Assembly (NCBI RefSeq): GCF_964204865.1
Contig: NC_135256.1
Span: 23,560,001-23,624,000, forward strand
DNA: 64,000 nucleotides
DNA from: Styela clava
Taxonomy: Eukaryota
Direction of reading: 5' to 3'
Shown: positions 37,234 to 50,900 of the stretch, in pieces
Layout of the letters: the number at the start of each line of letters is the position of its first letter
Position numbering within the stretch: position 1 is the first letter of the stretch
Program-made: the position numbers and the translations under genes
Notes under the pieces: model-generated
The model's database searches: none
Told to the model about the DNA's origin: nothing
Seen by the model: only the letters and a program-made list of their open reading frames with translations

Positions 37234-38398
37234 CTTTTTTTCGATCTGAAATAATGTGTACTATGAACAACGCTCAAAAACCATTTTTAACACGTCTGCC
37301 TTACACAGCACACCTAATTAAGTAATAATTACATAGTATCGGTATCGGCGTTTTTAGCTGGTATCGGCGACAAAAGTGGTATCAGTACATCTCTACTAAA
37401 AACCTTTACTGCTCCTGTTTTTGAGTAGTTTTACAAAGTTAATAATTGGTCACCATACCCTCACAGTTTGGTCTCGAAAGCACGAAAGATGAAGTGATGC
37501 ATTTTATTTATAACTGAAGTAGATATATTAGGTTGTAATGAAAAAAGCAAGGGTCCGAGTACGTTACAAAATTTCGATGACCTAAGACACGACTGTTTGA
37601 CAAAAACCCTCTACAAATATAACAGCAGTTTGGGACTTCTACATTATAATAAGACAATATAATGAAGTACCGAATAAAACTTCAGGACAGAGGTACGACT
37701 CAATGAAGAATATACTATAGTCTTAATGACGGGTGCAGGTCCCATATTTTGGTGTAAAAAAGAATTAGGGTATATATATATCACCAATTCATACTGTGTA
37801 ATAAGGTTTGCTCGGGACATAAACTTACCGAGGGTCTGCACATACCGACATTCGTTGGAACAACAACTAGAGATGTGTCGGGCATGGGCTATTTCTTGGA
37901 TATCGGCTAAAAGTGGACCCATATTTCGATATATTCAGCTCTTTGATCTTATCTAGAATACTTTAAAGTATAACTTAGTATACGCAAATGGAACATGCTC
38001 GTAGCATTTACTGTCCTATCAAACTCTAGTAACACACCATTGAATCACAAATTCGGATTTGAAGTTGCGTGTTCTGTGATATATGCTCTTCTAGTTTACT
38101 GTGAATACTGTTCGGTGTTTGGAGACAAATATTTTTTATTCCGTCCACTCATTGTATATACGTTGATGTTAATATCACATATATTATTGGAATATCGGCA
38201 ATTTCAAATATCATTTGTTTGAAGTCCAGAGATAATAATGCTTTAAATGTATATGATAAAAGAAATAGGATTAATAGAAAGTCTGGTACAAACAAAAAGG
38301 CAATCAATTTATCACCGTTGAGTGATATATATTTATTTTCACCGTGCACGGTAAATTATAATCAGCTTACCATATTTTTATATTTTCGAGGATACAAC

Positions 38399-39983
38399 CA
38401 GGGGGCGGATTAAGCCCCCTTGGTGCTCTAAGCACTGAAGACTTTGGTGCCCCCTCAAGTGTAATTTAATTATAAAAACAATAAACCACCTAAGTGTATT
38501 ATCCATTAAAAATAATCCCAACCAACAGTAAATAAAACAACTTTTAAGAACATTTTTAGGTTTTTCAACTGTTATATATATATAACCGATATATATATAT
38601 ATATCGGGCGTTTATTGCCGATACGATTTATATATATAGGCAAACACGCAATATTGGGCCGATATATCGGTTGAGCTCTAATCCTGAGGGAGTGTGACAA
38701 TAAAGATTCATGTCTCCAGTCTCAACGTGAATCGAAATACCAGAGTATAAAAGTCACAACTGTAGTTTGAAATTATACCGGTACCTAGTAGTCTACCTCA
38801 GGGTGGTTCAAGGTTGCTAGGTTGAAGGACCGCAAAAACTTTTGAGGAGGTCTCGCGGGCCACAAGTCGGAGAAAACCCAAAAGTGATCGAAATATCGCG
38901 AGTTTACTTACTTTTAATTTATTTAACAACCAGAGTTTACCGTTCTAATCAGACTATTATTATGTTGCATGGGCGGCTATATATATATATAAAGCCTTCA
39001 GTTATTTTAAAGTTAATTCCCGAGAATTGACGTTGTATTTTGCGCATCTCGCTTTTAATGTCGCTTCAAATTATATTCTTTCGTGACAGATATATATTAC
39101 TTGAAATCAAACCAGACACCGTATGATGTGCAAGGAAATACGTTTTTGCCGTGTTTTCCTTATGTCACCTTTCTTGCGACGCTCATTTTATTATGAATTG
39201 TTATATTGAGTAATTTAAAAACTTGCAGCGTGAGCAAGCTTAGTGCCATCGTCAAATACCAACCAAGTCCGTCTAAGTTGGTATTTCGGGACCTAGCTAA
39301 AAAAAACTGGATTGTGCGGCGTTAAGTCGGCTCTGCGTTTCGTCAGTACTGTCACAGGGCCGACGCTTGAAAGCAGAGGAGTGTTTTTACTAAAATAAAA
39401 GCACAAAGCGTTAGAAATGGGGTTTGAGTCTTGGGATCCCAACCCCAGTTGGAATAGCTGAAAAAAAAACTCAAAAACGTTCCTCCATTAGATACAAATA
39501 TACGCTAAATTTGTTCTGTGAGTCGCACGGAATGTATTAGCATCACAGGGTTTGGACCACCCTGATCGAAAAACTTCCGACATCGCTGACCACTAGATTG
39601 TTGAAATGCGATCGTGGAACCGCCACAGTTCATTGGTCCAATTGTTGAAGAAGAAGGTCCAATTTTTTTTTAAACAAAAATGCAGCAACAAGGAGAATAC
39701 TAAGAAGACAAAAAACAACAATTTAAGAAAACGACTCATAGGCCAATTTCGTGTCCAAAAAAAAAGTTTCAGTGTTTATTTTCAATAAAGAAGGTTAATA
39801 TGATACTTGGAGACGAAAAATAAGCAAACATTTTGAAGTTTGAGTCGTCTGGTGAACTCGTAATATTTTAATAAACACCGATAAACTATAATATGAAATT
39901 CTGATCTAAAATTTCTGTGGTGCCCCTCTTTGCTTGGTGCCTTAAGTACGTGCTTATATTGTTTAATGGTTAATCCGGCGCTG
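38399..39983. mobile_element. Non-autonomous hAT element with a nested degenerate hAT MITE (~38799-39564)
   Basis: CAGGGGGCGGATTAA...TTAATCCGGCGCTG with perfect 8-bp TSD GATACAAC. Inner ends CAGGGTGGTTCAA / TTGGACCACCCTG. Confidence 0.78.
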
Positions 39984-40455
39984 GATACAACAGAAACATT
40001 GTTTGGGGTTCATAAACATAAAATTATGCAGAATATAAAGAAATGTAATCAGCGGGAGAAACAATTTCATCGGAAAGTGTTTCGTGATTAATAGGAATTT
40101 TTTTACATCCGAGATGAAGTAGGCTAGTTATTTAATCGAATCTTTCGTCTCTTTATGTTTTTCGACTATATTATCCTTCTGTCAAACACTACTTGCATCT
40201 GACAAAAATGTTTGAGAAGTAGAATACCATAAACGCAGGTAACCAAGAACGTTAGAAATCTAAATTCCAAATGCGTTTTTGAGCTTTTGCTATAATTTGG
40301 CAGCAAATTCCGTGATTTAGGCAAAAATGTCATCAACTCTGATATCGAATTACTCACAAAGTGAACAAAATATGCGTCTTGACTGCTATATCGGTTGAAC
40401 ATCGGGAAAGGCAATTCCTATAATTAGCGGAAAGGATCTTAGATAGTCGGATCGG

Positions 40456-40899
40456 CAGGCTTGTTCATGAGACATATTTTTTGTCCCATTCCCATCCCAT
40501 AGCAACTATGCCTGTCCCATCCCATGCCATTGGAATAAAATTCAATAAAAAATGTTAAATTTAAGTTTAGCGTCCACTAAATAGGACTAAATGTACGAAG
40601 AGACATGCAAAACAACAAAATTTACGAATCTTGTTAACTTTGTATTCATAACTATTATACATGTGTCCATCAGCCCCTTCACAAAGTACATTGTTAATGC
40701 TGAATATGTTCTGCTGTTCATAACTAACAAGAGGGCTATGCTCAAACATATGGACACGAAATCCATAACGATATGTTCTACCATCATTTCCCCGAAATTC
40801 CTACGGTTTTCGTGTCCCATAGGAAATACCAATGTGTGCTATCCCACCCCATCTCATGGGACGTTTCCCACGGGAATCCCATTCCCATGGACAAGCCTG
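40456..40899. mobile_element. hAT MITE
   Basis: CAGGCTTGTTCATG...CATGGACAAGCCTG with CCCAT repeats. TSD CGGATCGG/CGGATTTG has 2 mismatches. Confidence 0.65.
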
Positions 40900-40991
40900 C
40901 GGATTTGAGTAGATTTGCCACCTAAACCTACAGGAGAGGACTTGTAGCTATCTCGCAAGTGACATTTTATTTGGGATATTATTTTCTTATA

Positions 40992-41359
40992 CCGTGTTTC
41001 CCGAAAATAGGATCCTATTTCAATTTTCTTTCGCAAAATAACACTACGGCTTATTTTCGGGGGATGTCTCATATATATTTTTTTTCAATTCGTCATAAAC
41101 AAAATTACAAAGTAGAGAATTACGAGATTTTCAAATATACAAAATGGAAACCGATATCCAACACGTTTTCCTCTCTCACAAGTTTTAGATTAATCCTTTC
41201 GAACGTATAGAAGAGCTTTCTTGCTATATCGACTAGGTCAAACAAAATTGGCGCTCTTGACTAGGTCTTATTTTAAGGGGAGGGCTTATATTAAAATCAT
41301 TTTTAAAATTCTGGCTAGGTCCTATTTTCAGGGTAGGTCTTATTTTCTGGGAAACACAG
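40992..41359. mobile_element. Tc1/mariner (pogo-like) MITE
   Basis: TA|CCGTGTTTCCCGAAAATAGG...CTTATTTTCTGGGAAACACAG|TA. Confidence 0.65.
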
Positions 41360-43302
41360 TAGTTTACTTAGAGCACGTTCTGGGTCGTTGTTGTTGTTGT
41401 ACAACTTGGGGTACAACGCAAAATTAAAAAACGCTATGCAATTACGGTTGTTATTTTCCTTCTCATCTTTGTGCAATTTAGCGTATATTTATCGGCGTTT
41501 TGACCAATTCCTTGTTCTCCCGGTTGTATACCTCTCTCGGCTCCTTTTGCTGCAAATCTGGATAAATTCGTGCGCGAATGGTCGCTTTGTACGAATATAG
41601 GCATACTGCTCAATTCTCTTTACCTTCCGCGTCGCCATGTAAAGTTTTCAGCTTGTTGCTACTCACATATTCAACTTAAGCAAATTCCTCTTGGACTTTC
41701 AACAAATACACCGCAGTTGACAATAAAGGCGTTATACGTTCCTCAAACTTTCTAGCCCCTTTCAGAAAGGCGTAGTAACGCTGTATATCCGGCAAGAGTT
41801 GAAAATCAGTACAGGTCAGGAACGTGAGTTTGAGCTCTAATCCATTTCAAAATTGACCCTTTCTAACTAACTGATTTTTCTAAAGATAGATTTTTTTCTA
41901 AAGATTTTTACGCATCAGGGCTTCAATATGGGGTTTATCTTATTTTGCAGAAATTAAGTGAAACATCATTAGTTTTAAGATGGTAAGTAATTACACTGTT
42001 ATATTGATAGTTACGAGGCAATACAAAAAGCCCTTGGTGAAAATTTACAAATTTTTTTTACAAATACTGGCTTATTCGCATGCCCTCAGTTCACACTGTG
42101 TTTGACGGATACCTTTTGTCATCGTATTAAAAGTCTTTATAAAAATGAATGGTTATTCTGACACTTGGATCAACCCCATTTCCAAGCCACGAATCCACAA
42201 ATCCTGCATGTACGTTTGGTGTTTTTTTGTTGAGACTGGCACGAACGTCATTGTAAACAGATCGGTTAGATATGATAGCTATACAGTAGAATTTTTCGTT
42301 TTACGTATTTTCTCCGCTGCTGAATATGTCAGGGTATTTGAATAGGTAGCATAACATGTTCAGTAGCATGCATCACCCCGGCGTACTTCACAGAGTTCTG
42401 AAAAATAAAACACTAACAGCAAAACATTTTGTACTACTCTAGTATAACCGATATAGGATAACTCATTCTTGAACAGAATTTTCTATAATCATTCCGCAAG
42501 CCAGATATGGTGTGATGGTGTCAGTGTCGGGGAGACGAAGTTGAATGTAACAATGTATGAACATCAATTAAATATGTCATAGTGTCCAAAAAAGATTCAC
42601 GAAAAACAACCTGGTGGACCCCATATAGTATATGAATACTGACATTGCATTCGATACCAAAAATATATTCTTGGTATCTCTGGTGAGTATCTTGTTATCC
42701 ATACTGTGATAAAAATCTATATTCTAAGTTACGGAAAAAACAATTTTATTAGTTCAAACTGGATTAAGACATACAATCATAAGGACACCATTATTGAACC
42801 CACATTTGCTATGACGAATAATATCTTTCTGGAGTCCTCTTTGTCTGACTAGTTAAACCAATTTATTTCACGCCCAATACGATACGAAGTTTCTGAACAA
42901 ACCGATAACATACCTTGATTACTATGTGTGCTAACAATTTATTCGTAGTTTATAGTAACTCGAACTTCGTTGCTCAATGTTGAGTTCGACACTTCGTAGC
43001 AAATGCGTCGTCAACGGCAATACGATTATAGGTAGGAGTTGAGCAACGTAAGATATTCCCCGGATGAATACATATTTTAATTTAGTCCAATATTATTGTG
43101 AAGGTATAGCAATCTCTAATCTAAATCTGCAACAATAATCTGAAACTGTATTATTTTATTGTTTAATTATTTTCTAAATATGATTTATTGTTGGATAAGC
43201 GGTGGAAGTTGTTTTCCATTCTTCTGGATATTCCCGTTCATTCTACTAATATAGTAACCGTAGACATACTCAATATTTTAATGAATGAGCTATGACTACA
43301 GT

Positions 43303-44928
43303 TAGGCTTGCACGTAATTGACAAAAATCAATTCCGTAATTACGGCCAAATCGATTACGTAATGACCCCGTAATTGCGATATTTTTTTCACACTTTTAAA
43401 CCTATCATAACAACCAATTTAATCCACTTCTATTCCGAATGGGACATCGACAGTTGGGACAGTTTGGTTTTCATATTTCCGCCAGTACTACACGCCGGCG
43501 ACATATGCTAAAGACAAATATCAAGGAGTGAATTCAAATTAATTTTATTCTGATTTTTATCTTTTGTGTTAGCTTTGATTTTCCTTTATCAACTTTATCA
43601 CCCAATTTTATGCGATCAATTTTATCATTACCAACACTGGTATGTGGTAATATATTTATGAAACGATAGTTGACTTTTTTAAAATCGTATTAACGTATTA
43701 ATACGAGTTTCGTATTACGAGTTTCGTATTAAATAAAAATTCCGGGTTTCTAATTTATAAATCAACGACGAGCGTATTCTCTCGTTTGATTATACTTGCC
43801 TCACGACGAAGACTTGTTATTGTACCGTTTTTTTTTACATTATCCGACTTCACTACCTAGTTAGCATTTTATAATAATTATTGATGCCGACTTATTGACG
43901 ATATTCCGATTACCATGCTTCATTTTACATTAAATCATTTCGCGGCCTAAATGTTATAACATTATTTGCGATAAATTTAGATTGAATATTAATTATTTGC
44001 GCATTATTTAAATACCGTACTTATGTGACATGCCTTCTCCGAAAATACAAAGTTATATCGCAAAACAATGCATTTGGTGGCATTTATTTTGCACTCACGA
44101 AAATATTAATTTACTTTTCTAACTCAAGTCGACAATCCTATCGGCTAAGATTGACACAAGTTTGGTCGAGTGCCGGTGGTATTTGAGTCGACGATAAATC
44201 AAAATAAGTTGCCGCATTTGGTAAAGACTTAAAGATATTGTAAAGACATATTTGGCCGAGATAGTGCGAGGCATTGTGAAAACAAGGCCAAGTACGGACA
44301 GATATATAAGGATAAAACCGGTAACAGAACATCAAGATTTTGTAATAGAAAATGGATCTCGCGCAGAATAAACATGGGAAATCCCGTCTTTTTGTTGTTT
44401 CTCTGCCGTCTGAATCGCTTTACCGATGCCGGAAAGACTAGGTTGCGTTGGTTCATTACGCAAGTTCTCTTCCGTCGTCATATTGCTGTTTGATAAGCGC
44501 GACATTAATTATCACGGCATTTACAAATAGACCATGTTTTATAAGTTGATCTCTTACATTCTTTAGTCATTTCACCCGAAGAAGTTGAAACCAGGTGTGT
44601 TGGCGTCCATCAGTCTCAACACAATTCTATCCCATATCTACGCTTGATATGTACATTTGCCATGCTAGATAAGTTGGTAATAGGTTAGTAAATGGCAACG
44701 CGTTATGCCTTCTCCATCTGCATAACAAGAGAGAAAAAAACGGCTGCGAATACCGGAACTCTAACTTCTTCTACTTATTAAACTTTAATTTTTTACAATC
44801 GACGGAATTGACTGCTCTAAAGAGAGCTCGTTGCAATCGCGAAAGCGCTCCACCAATACTTACGAATTTACGTAATTCGTAACTTCGCTTCCGTAATTCC
44901 GTAAATCCGTAAATTACCTGCAAGCCTA
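43303..44928. mobile_element. Non-autonomous hAT-type element, copy 2
   Basis: TAGGCTTGCACGTAATT...AATTACCTGCAAGCCTA with perfect 8-bp TSD ACTACAGT. Homologous to 1937-3365 plus a ~150-bp insert at ~43681-43828. Confidence 0.85.
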
Positions 44929-47900
44929 ACTACAGTCAACAGTATCTAGCCTGCAATGAAGTTATTATCAGTCTAACATTTCACTCAAGCCTTGAATGAT
45001 AACGTGGTCAGATCAGATGTGATGTATATCTCCCATGTTGCAAAACCTTATTTATGTTCGTCGTTATTCACGCATTGAAAAGCTTATAAAAAGCTTTCTT
45101 TTTTAACAGCTCGGCGAATGAATTTTCCCAAAAAAAGGTCACAGAGCGAGTCCTATGGTTTTTAATTTCGAATAATTGACCGATATTTGCGGCATTTATT
45201 GTATCTGATATTCACACAAATTAATTTAGAGAGAAGGTTTGTTCTTAAGTGGTAATACACCTTGAGAACCTCAATATATTTTACCAAATTATGTACTTCT
45301 GGAGCGAGATCCTAAATTAGCGTAGGGATCCTAGAGTTCAAATAATTAATTTCTTCTTATCTGTCACATCTAACCTCATTATGGCTCGGTGTAAGAAAAT
45401 ATAGGCTTTGGGTGATACAAAAGTGTAATTTGTATTTACATCATTACATTTCGTATTTAACTAACAACAATTACTGAAAAACGTCGATTCTTTATTGATG
45501 TTTATTGTCGTTAGAAATTGGGTGAAATGACGATATTTTCCCGAGTCTGCCGAAATCATGCTCATCGGATATGTAGGTCAAGTTTTGAGGCGTGTTCTTA
45601 TGAAACCCCTCCATCGCCACTAGACTGTTGCGGTCTTCAGCACTTTGGGTGACGTCAGTTGAATTTACACATACGGTATTATCGTTCGAAGCAGCTGTAA
45701 TTGTTTCCTCACGCACTGTTCCTCTTGAGGCTAAATGGAGAAAAGAGGCTGTATATTTTTATGTAAAAATTGCAAAGATATAGGGGAGAGGCTTTTGAAA
45801 ATAGTACAACTATGCCGATCTAAAGTCAACGAAATGTGTTGACAACAGTGCCTGAAAAAATAATCAAAACAAATTATTTGACATATATATTATTTCTCGG
45901 TTAATTCTTCAAACACACCATCTCTATGGTGTTATATACACATGAAGACAGTCAAAGACTAAACCTGTAATGGCCACGCCAGAGTGACTTCAAATGAGTT
46001 TCAGAAGTATACGTTATTGGCTTTCCCAAACAATTGCAACGGAACGAAAAATGCATCATATTTTAATTAGGCCATTTGGCAAATCTAACCTGATACGGAA
46101 TCAAGATCTTCAACCGTATAAAAGTTTTTCAATTCCCGTGTCCAAAGTTTTCTAACATCATTTCTTCGTACACAAAATAACAGGAACATGAAGAAGCCCT
46201 AAAATTAGGCAAAAGAATATGAGTATAAAATAGGATAATGAAGACAGATTGACAATACACACATTGATTTTAATAAAGTTACCTGCAACGCATTTGTTAC
46301 CGAGAATAACCAACCAAATATAGTGTTCACAGTTGGATCATCAGACAAAGTTAAAGGAATTGCAAACACCCATGATAAACCCAGCAGAACAGACACCGTG
46401 ATAGCTCGCGTAACGTAAGTGCGAATGTCCATCGGATTTGTTTGTGACCCAACCTACAATATGATAATATAACATGTTTGTTTCCGGATATTGTACAAAG
46501 ATACTAAAAGAAAAAATAATCCGATCTCAAACCTGTTTTCTTCCGCATGTAATTGACCATAAAATGACGATCGCCCCGGAAAAACTGACAACAAATGCTG
46601 CCGCTACCGGTATGAGAAATCCGAATATGAGGGAATAACTGTGGAGCCAACATAGCCGATCACTGACATAAGACGAAGGAAAGAAGTCCGACCCTGGAAG
46701 TGAGAGAAATTTACATCCGATTCCGAACGATTTAATTGAAAACGGGCCCGACTCCATATGGAATAGAATATCTTGGAGTTTCTCCCGGAAATATTGACTT
46801 CGATTATCACTATTGAAAATTCCCGACATCAAATATTTTATTGATATTCGAGCTCCAATATCAATAAAAAAGATGCCACAAATTCCGACTGCATAGCTTT
46901 CATATTTCTACAAGTTGCAACTGTTTCCGATTTGCATTACAGTTGTGGCTATGCAACAATTATAAATAAAATTGTCTCATATTACTATTCTTTTATTATA
47001 CCTGGTGTGATCCAACCGCCGTAGTTGGTAGTGTCATACCACGTGACTGAAATGACCATTGTTGTTATTACAATTACCGCCGATATAACGTACACTGTTG
47101 CTGACGAAAGCGTTATGCCTTCTCCATCTGCATAACAAGAGAGAAAAAAACGGCTGCGAATACCGGAACTCTAACTTCTTCTACTTATTAAACTTTTAAT
47201 TTTTTACAATCGACGGAATTGACTGCTCTAAAGAGAGCTCGTTGCAATCGCGAAAGCGCTCCACCAATACTTACGAATTTACGTAATTCGTAACTTCGCT
47301 TCCGTAACTCGAAATAATTCCGTAAATCCGTAAATTACCTGCAAGCCTAACTACAGTCAACAGTATCTAGCCTGCAATGAAGTTATTATCAGTCTAACAT
47401 TTCACTCAAGCCTTGAATGATAACGTGGTCAGATCAGATGTGATGTATATCTCCCATGTTGCAAAACCTTATTTATGTTCGTCGTTATTCACGCATTGAA
47501 AAGCTTATAAAAAGCTTTCTTTTTTAACAGCTCGGCGAATGAATTTTCCCAAAAAAAGGTCACAGAGCGAGTCCTATGGTTTTTAATTTCGAATAATTGA
47601 CCGATATTTGCGGCATTTATTGTATCTGATATTCACACAAATTAATTTAGAGAGAAGGTTTGTTCTAAAGTGGTAATACACCTTGAGAACCTCAATATAT
47701 TTTACCAAATTATGTACTTCTGGAGCGAGATCCTAAATTAGCGTAGGGATCCTAGAGTTCAAATAATTAATTTCTTCTTATCTGTCACATCTAACCTCAT
47801 TATGGCTCGGTGTAAGAAAATATAGGCTTTGGGTGATACAAAAGTGTAATTTGTATTTACATCATTACATTTCGTATTTAACTAACAACAATTACTGAAA

Positions 47901-50900
47901 AACGTCGATTCTTTATTGATGTTTATTGTCGTTAGAAATTGGGTGAAATGACGATATTTTCCCGAGTCTGCCGAAATCATGCTCATCGGATATGTAGGTC
48001 AAGTTTTGAGGCGTGTTCTTATGAAACCCCTCCATCGCCACTAGACTGTTGCGGTCTTCAGCACTTTGGGTGACGTCAGTTGAATTTACACATACGGTAT
48101 TATCGTTCGAAGCAGCTGTAATTGTTTCCTCACGCACTGTTCCTCTTGAGGCTAAATGGAGAAAAGAGGCTGTATATTTTTATGTAAAAATTGCAAAGAT
48201 ATAGGGGAGAGGCTTTTGAAAATAGTACAACTATGCCGATCTAAAGTCAACGAAATGTGTTGACAACAGTGCCTGAAAAAATAATCAAAACAAATTATTT
48301 GACATATATATTATTTCTCGGTTAATTCTTCAAACACACCATCTCTATGGTGTTATATACACATGAAGACAGTCAAAGACTAAACCTGTAATGGCCACGC
48401 CAGAGTGACTTCAAATGAGTTTCAGAAGTATACGTTATTGGCTTTCCCAAACAATTGCAACGGAACGAAAAATGCATCATATTTTAATTAGGCCATTTGG
48501 CAAATCTAACCTGATACGGAATCAAGATCTTCAACCGTAAAAAAGTTTTTCAATTCCCGTGTCCAAAGTTTTCTAACATCATTTCTTCGTACACAAAATA
48601 ACAGGAACATGAAGAAGCCCTAAAATTAGGCAAAAGAATATGAGTATAAAATAGGATAATGAAGACAGATTGACAATACACACATTGATTTTAATAAAGT
48701 TACCTGCAACGCATTTGTTACCGAGAATAACCAACCAAATATAGTGTTCACAGTTGGATCATCAGACAAAGTTAAAGGAATTGCAAACACCCATGATAAA
48801 CCCAGCAGAACAGACACGGTGATAGCTCGCGTAACGTAAGTGCGAATGTCCATCGGATTTGTTTGTGACCCAACCTACAATATGATAATATAACATGTTT
48901 GTTTCCGGATATTGTACAAAGATACTAAAAGAAAAAATAATCCGATCTCAAACCTGTTTTCTTCCGCATGTAATTGACCATAAAATGACGATCGCCCCGG
49001 AAAAACTGACAACAAATGCTGCCGCTACCGGTATGAGAAATCCGAATATGAGGGAATAACTGTGGAGCCAACATAGCCGATCACTGACATAAGACGAAGG
49101 AAAGAAGTCCGACCCTGGAAGTGAGAGAAATTTACATCCGATTCCGAACGATTTAATTGAAAACGGGCCCGACTCCATATGGAATAGAATATCTTGGAGT
49201 TTCTCCCGGAAATATTGACTTCGATTATCACTATTGAAAATTCCCGACATCAAATATTTTATTGATATTCGAGCTCCAATATCAATAAAAAAGATGCCAC
49301 AAATTCCGACTGCATAGCTTTCATATTTCTACAAGTTGCAACTGTTTCCGATTTGCATTACAGTTGTGGCTATGCAACAATTATAAATAAAATTGTCTCA
49401 TATTACTATTCTTTTATTATACCTGGTGTGATCCAACCGCCGTAGTTGGTAGTGTCATACCACGTGACTGAAATGACCATTGTTGTTATTACAATTACCG
49501 CCGATATAACGTACACTGTTGCTGACGAAAGCGTTATGCCTTCTCCATCTGCATAACAAGAGAGAAAAAAACGGCTGCGAATACCGGAACTCTAACTTCT
49601 TCTACTTATTAAACTTTTAATTTTTTACAATCGACGGAATTGACTGCTCTAAAGAGAGCTCGTTGCAATCGCGAAAGCGCTCCACCAATACTTACGAATT
49701 TACGTAATTCGTAACTTCGCTTCCGTAACTCGAAATAATTCCGTAAATCCGTAAATTACCTGCAAGCCTAACTACAGTCAACAGTATCTAGCCTGCAATG
49801 AAGTTATTATCAGTCTAACATTTCACTCAAGCCTTGAATGATAACGTGGTCAGATCAGATGTGATGTATATCTCCCATGTTGCAAAACCTTATTTATGTT
49901 CGTCGTTATTCACGCATTGAAAAGCTTATAAAAAGCTTTCTTTTTTAACAGCTCGGCGAATGAATTTTCCCAAAAAAAGGTCACAGAGCGAGTCCTATGG
50001 TTTTTAATTTCGAATAATTGACCGATATATGCGGCATTTATTGTATCTGATATTCACACAAATTAATTTAGAGAGAAGGTTTGTTCTAAAGTGGTAATAC
50101 ACCTTGAGAACCTCAATATATTTTACCAAATTATGTACTTCTGGAGCGAGATCCTAAATTAGCGTAGGGATCCTAGAGTTCAAATAATTAATTTCTTCTT
50201 ATCTGTCACATCTAACCTCATTATGGCTCGGTGTAAGAAAATATAGGCTTTGGGTGATACAAAAGTGTAATTTGTATTTACATCATTACATTTCGTATTT
50301 AACTAACAACAATTACTGAAAAACGTCGATTCTTTATTGATGTTTATTGTCGTTAGAAATTGGGTGAAATGACGATATTTTCCCGAGTCTGCCGAAATCA
50401 TGCTCATCGGATATGTAGGTCAAGTTTTGAGGCGTGTTCTTATGAAACCCCTCCATCGCCACTAGACTGTTGCGGTCTTCAGCACTTTGGGTGACGTCAG
50501 TTGAATTTACACATACGGTATTATCGTTCGAAGCAGCTGTAATTGTTTCCTCACGCACTGTTCCTCTTGAGGCTAAATGGAGAAAAGAGGCTGTATATTT
50601 TTATGTAAAAATTGCAAAGATATAGGGGAGAGGCTTTTGAAAATAGTACAACTATGCCGATCTAAAGTCAACGAAATGTGTTGACAACAGTGCCTGAAAA
50701 AATAATCAAAACAAATTATTTGACATATATATTATTTCTCGGTTAATTCTTCAAACACACCATCTCTATGGTGTTATATACACATGAAGACAGTCAAAGA
50801 CTAAACCTGTAATGGCCACGCCAGAGTGACTTCAAATGAGTTTCAGAAGTATACGTTATTGGCTTTCCCAAACAATTGCAACGGAACGAAAAATGCATCA

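Larger units (their letters stand above)
35702..37395. mobile_element. Non-autonomous hAT element carrying a nested SINE and MITE
   Basis: TAGAGATGTA...TACATCTCTA ends, subterminal GTATCG repeats and perfect 8-bp TSD CTAAAAAC. Confidence 0.8.
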
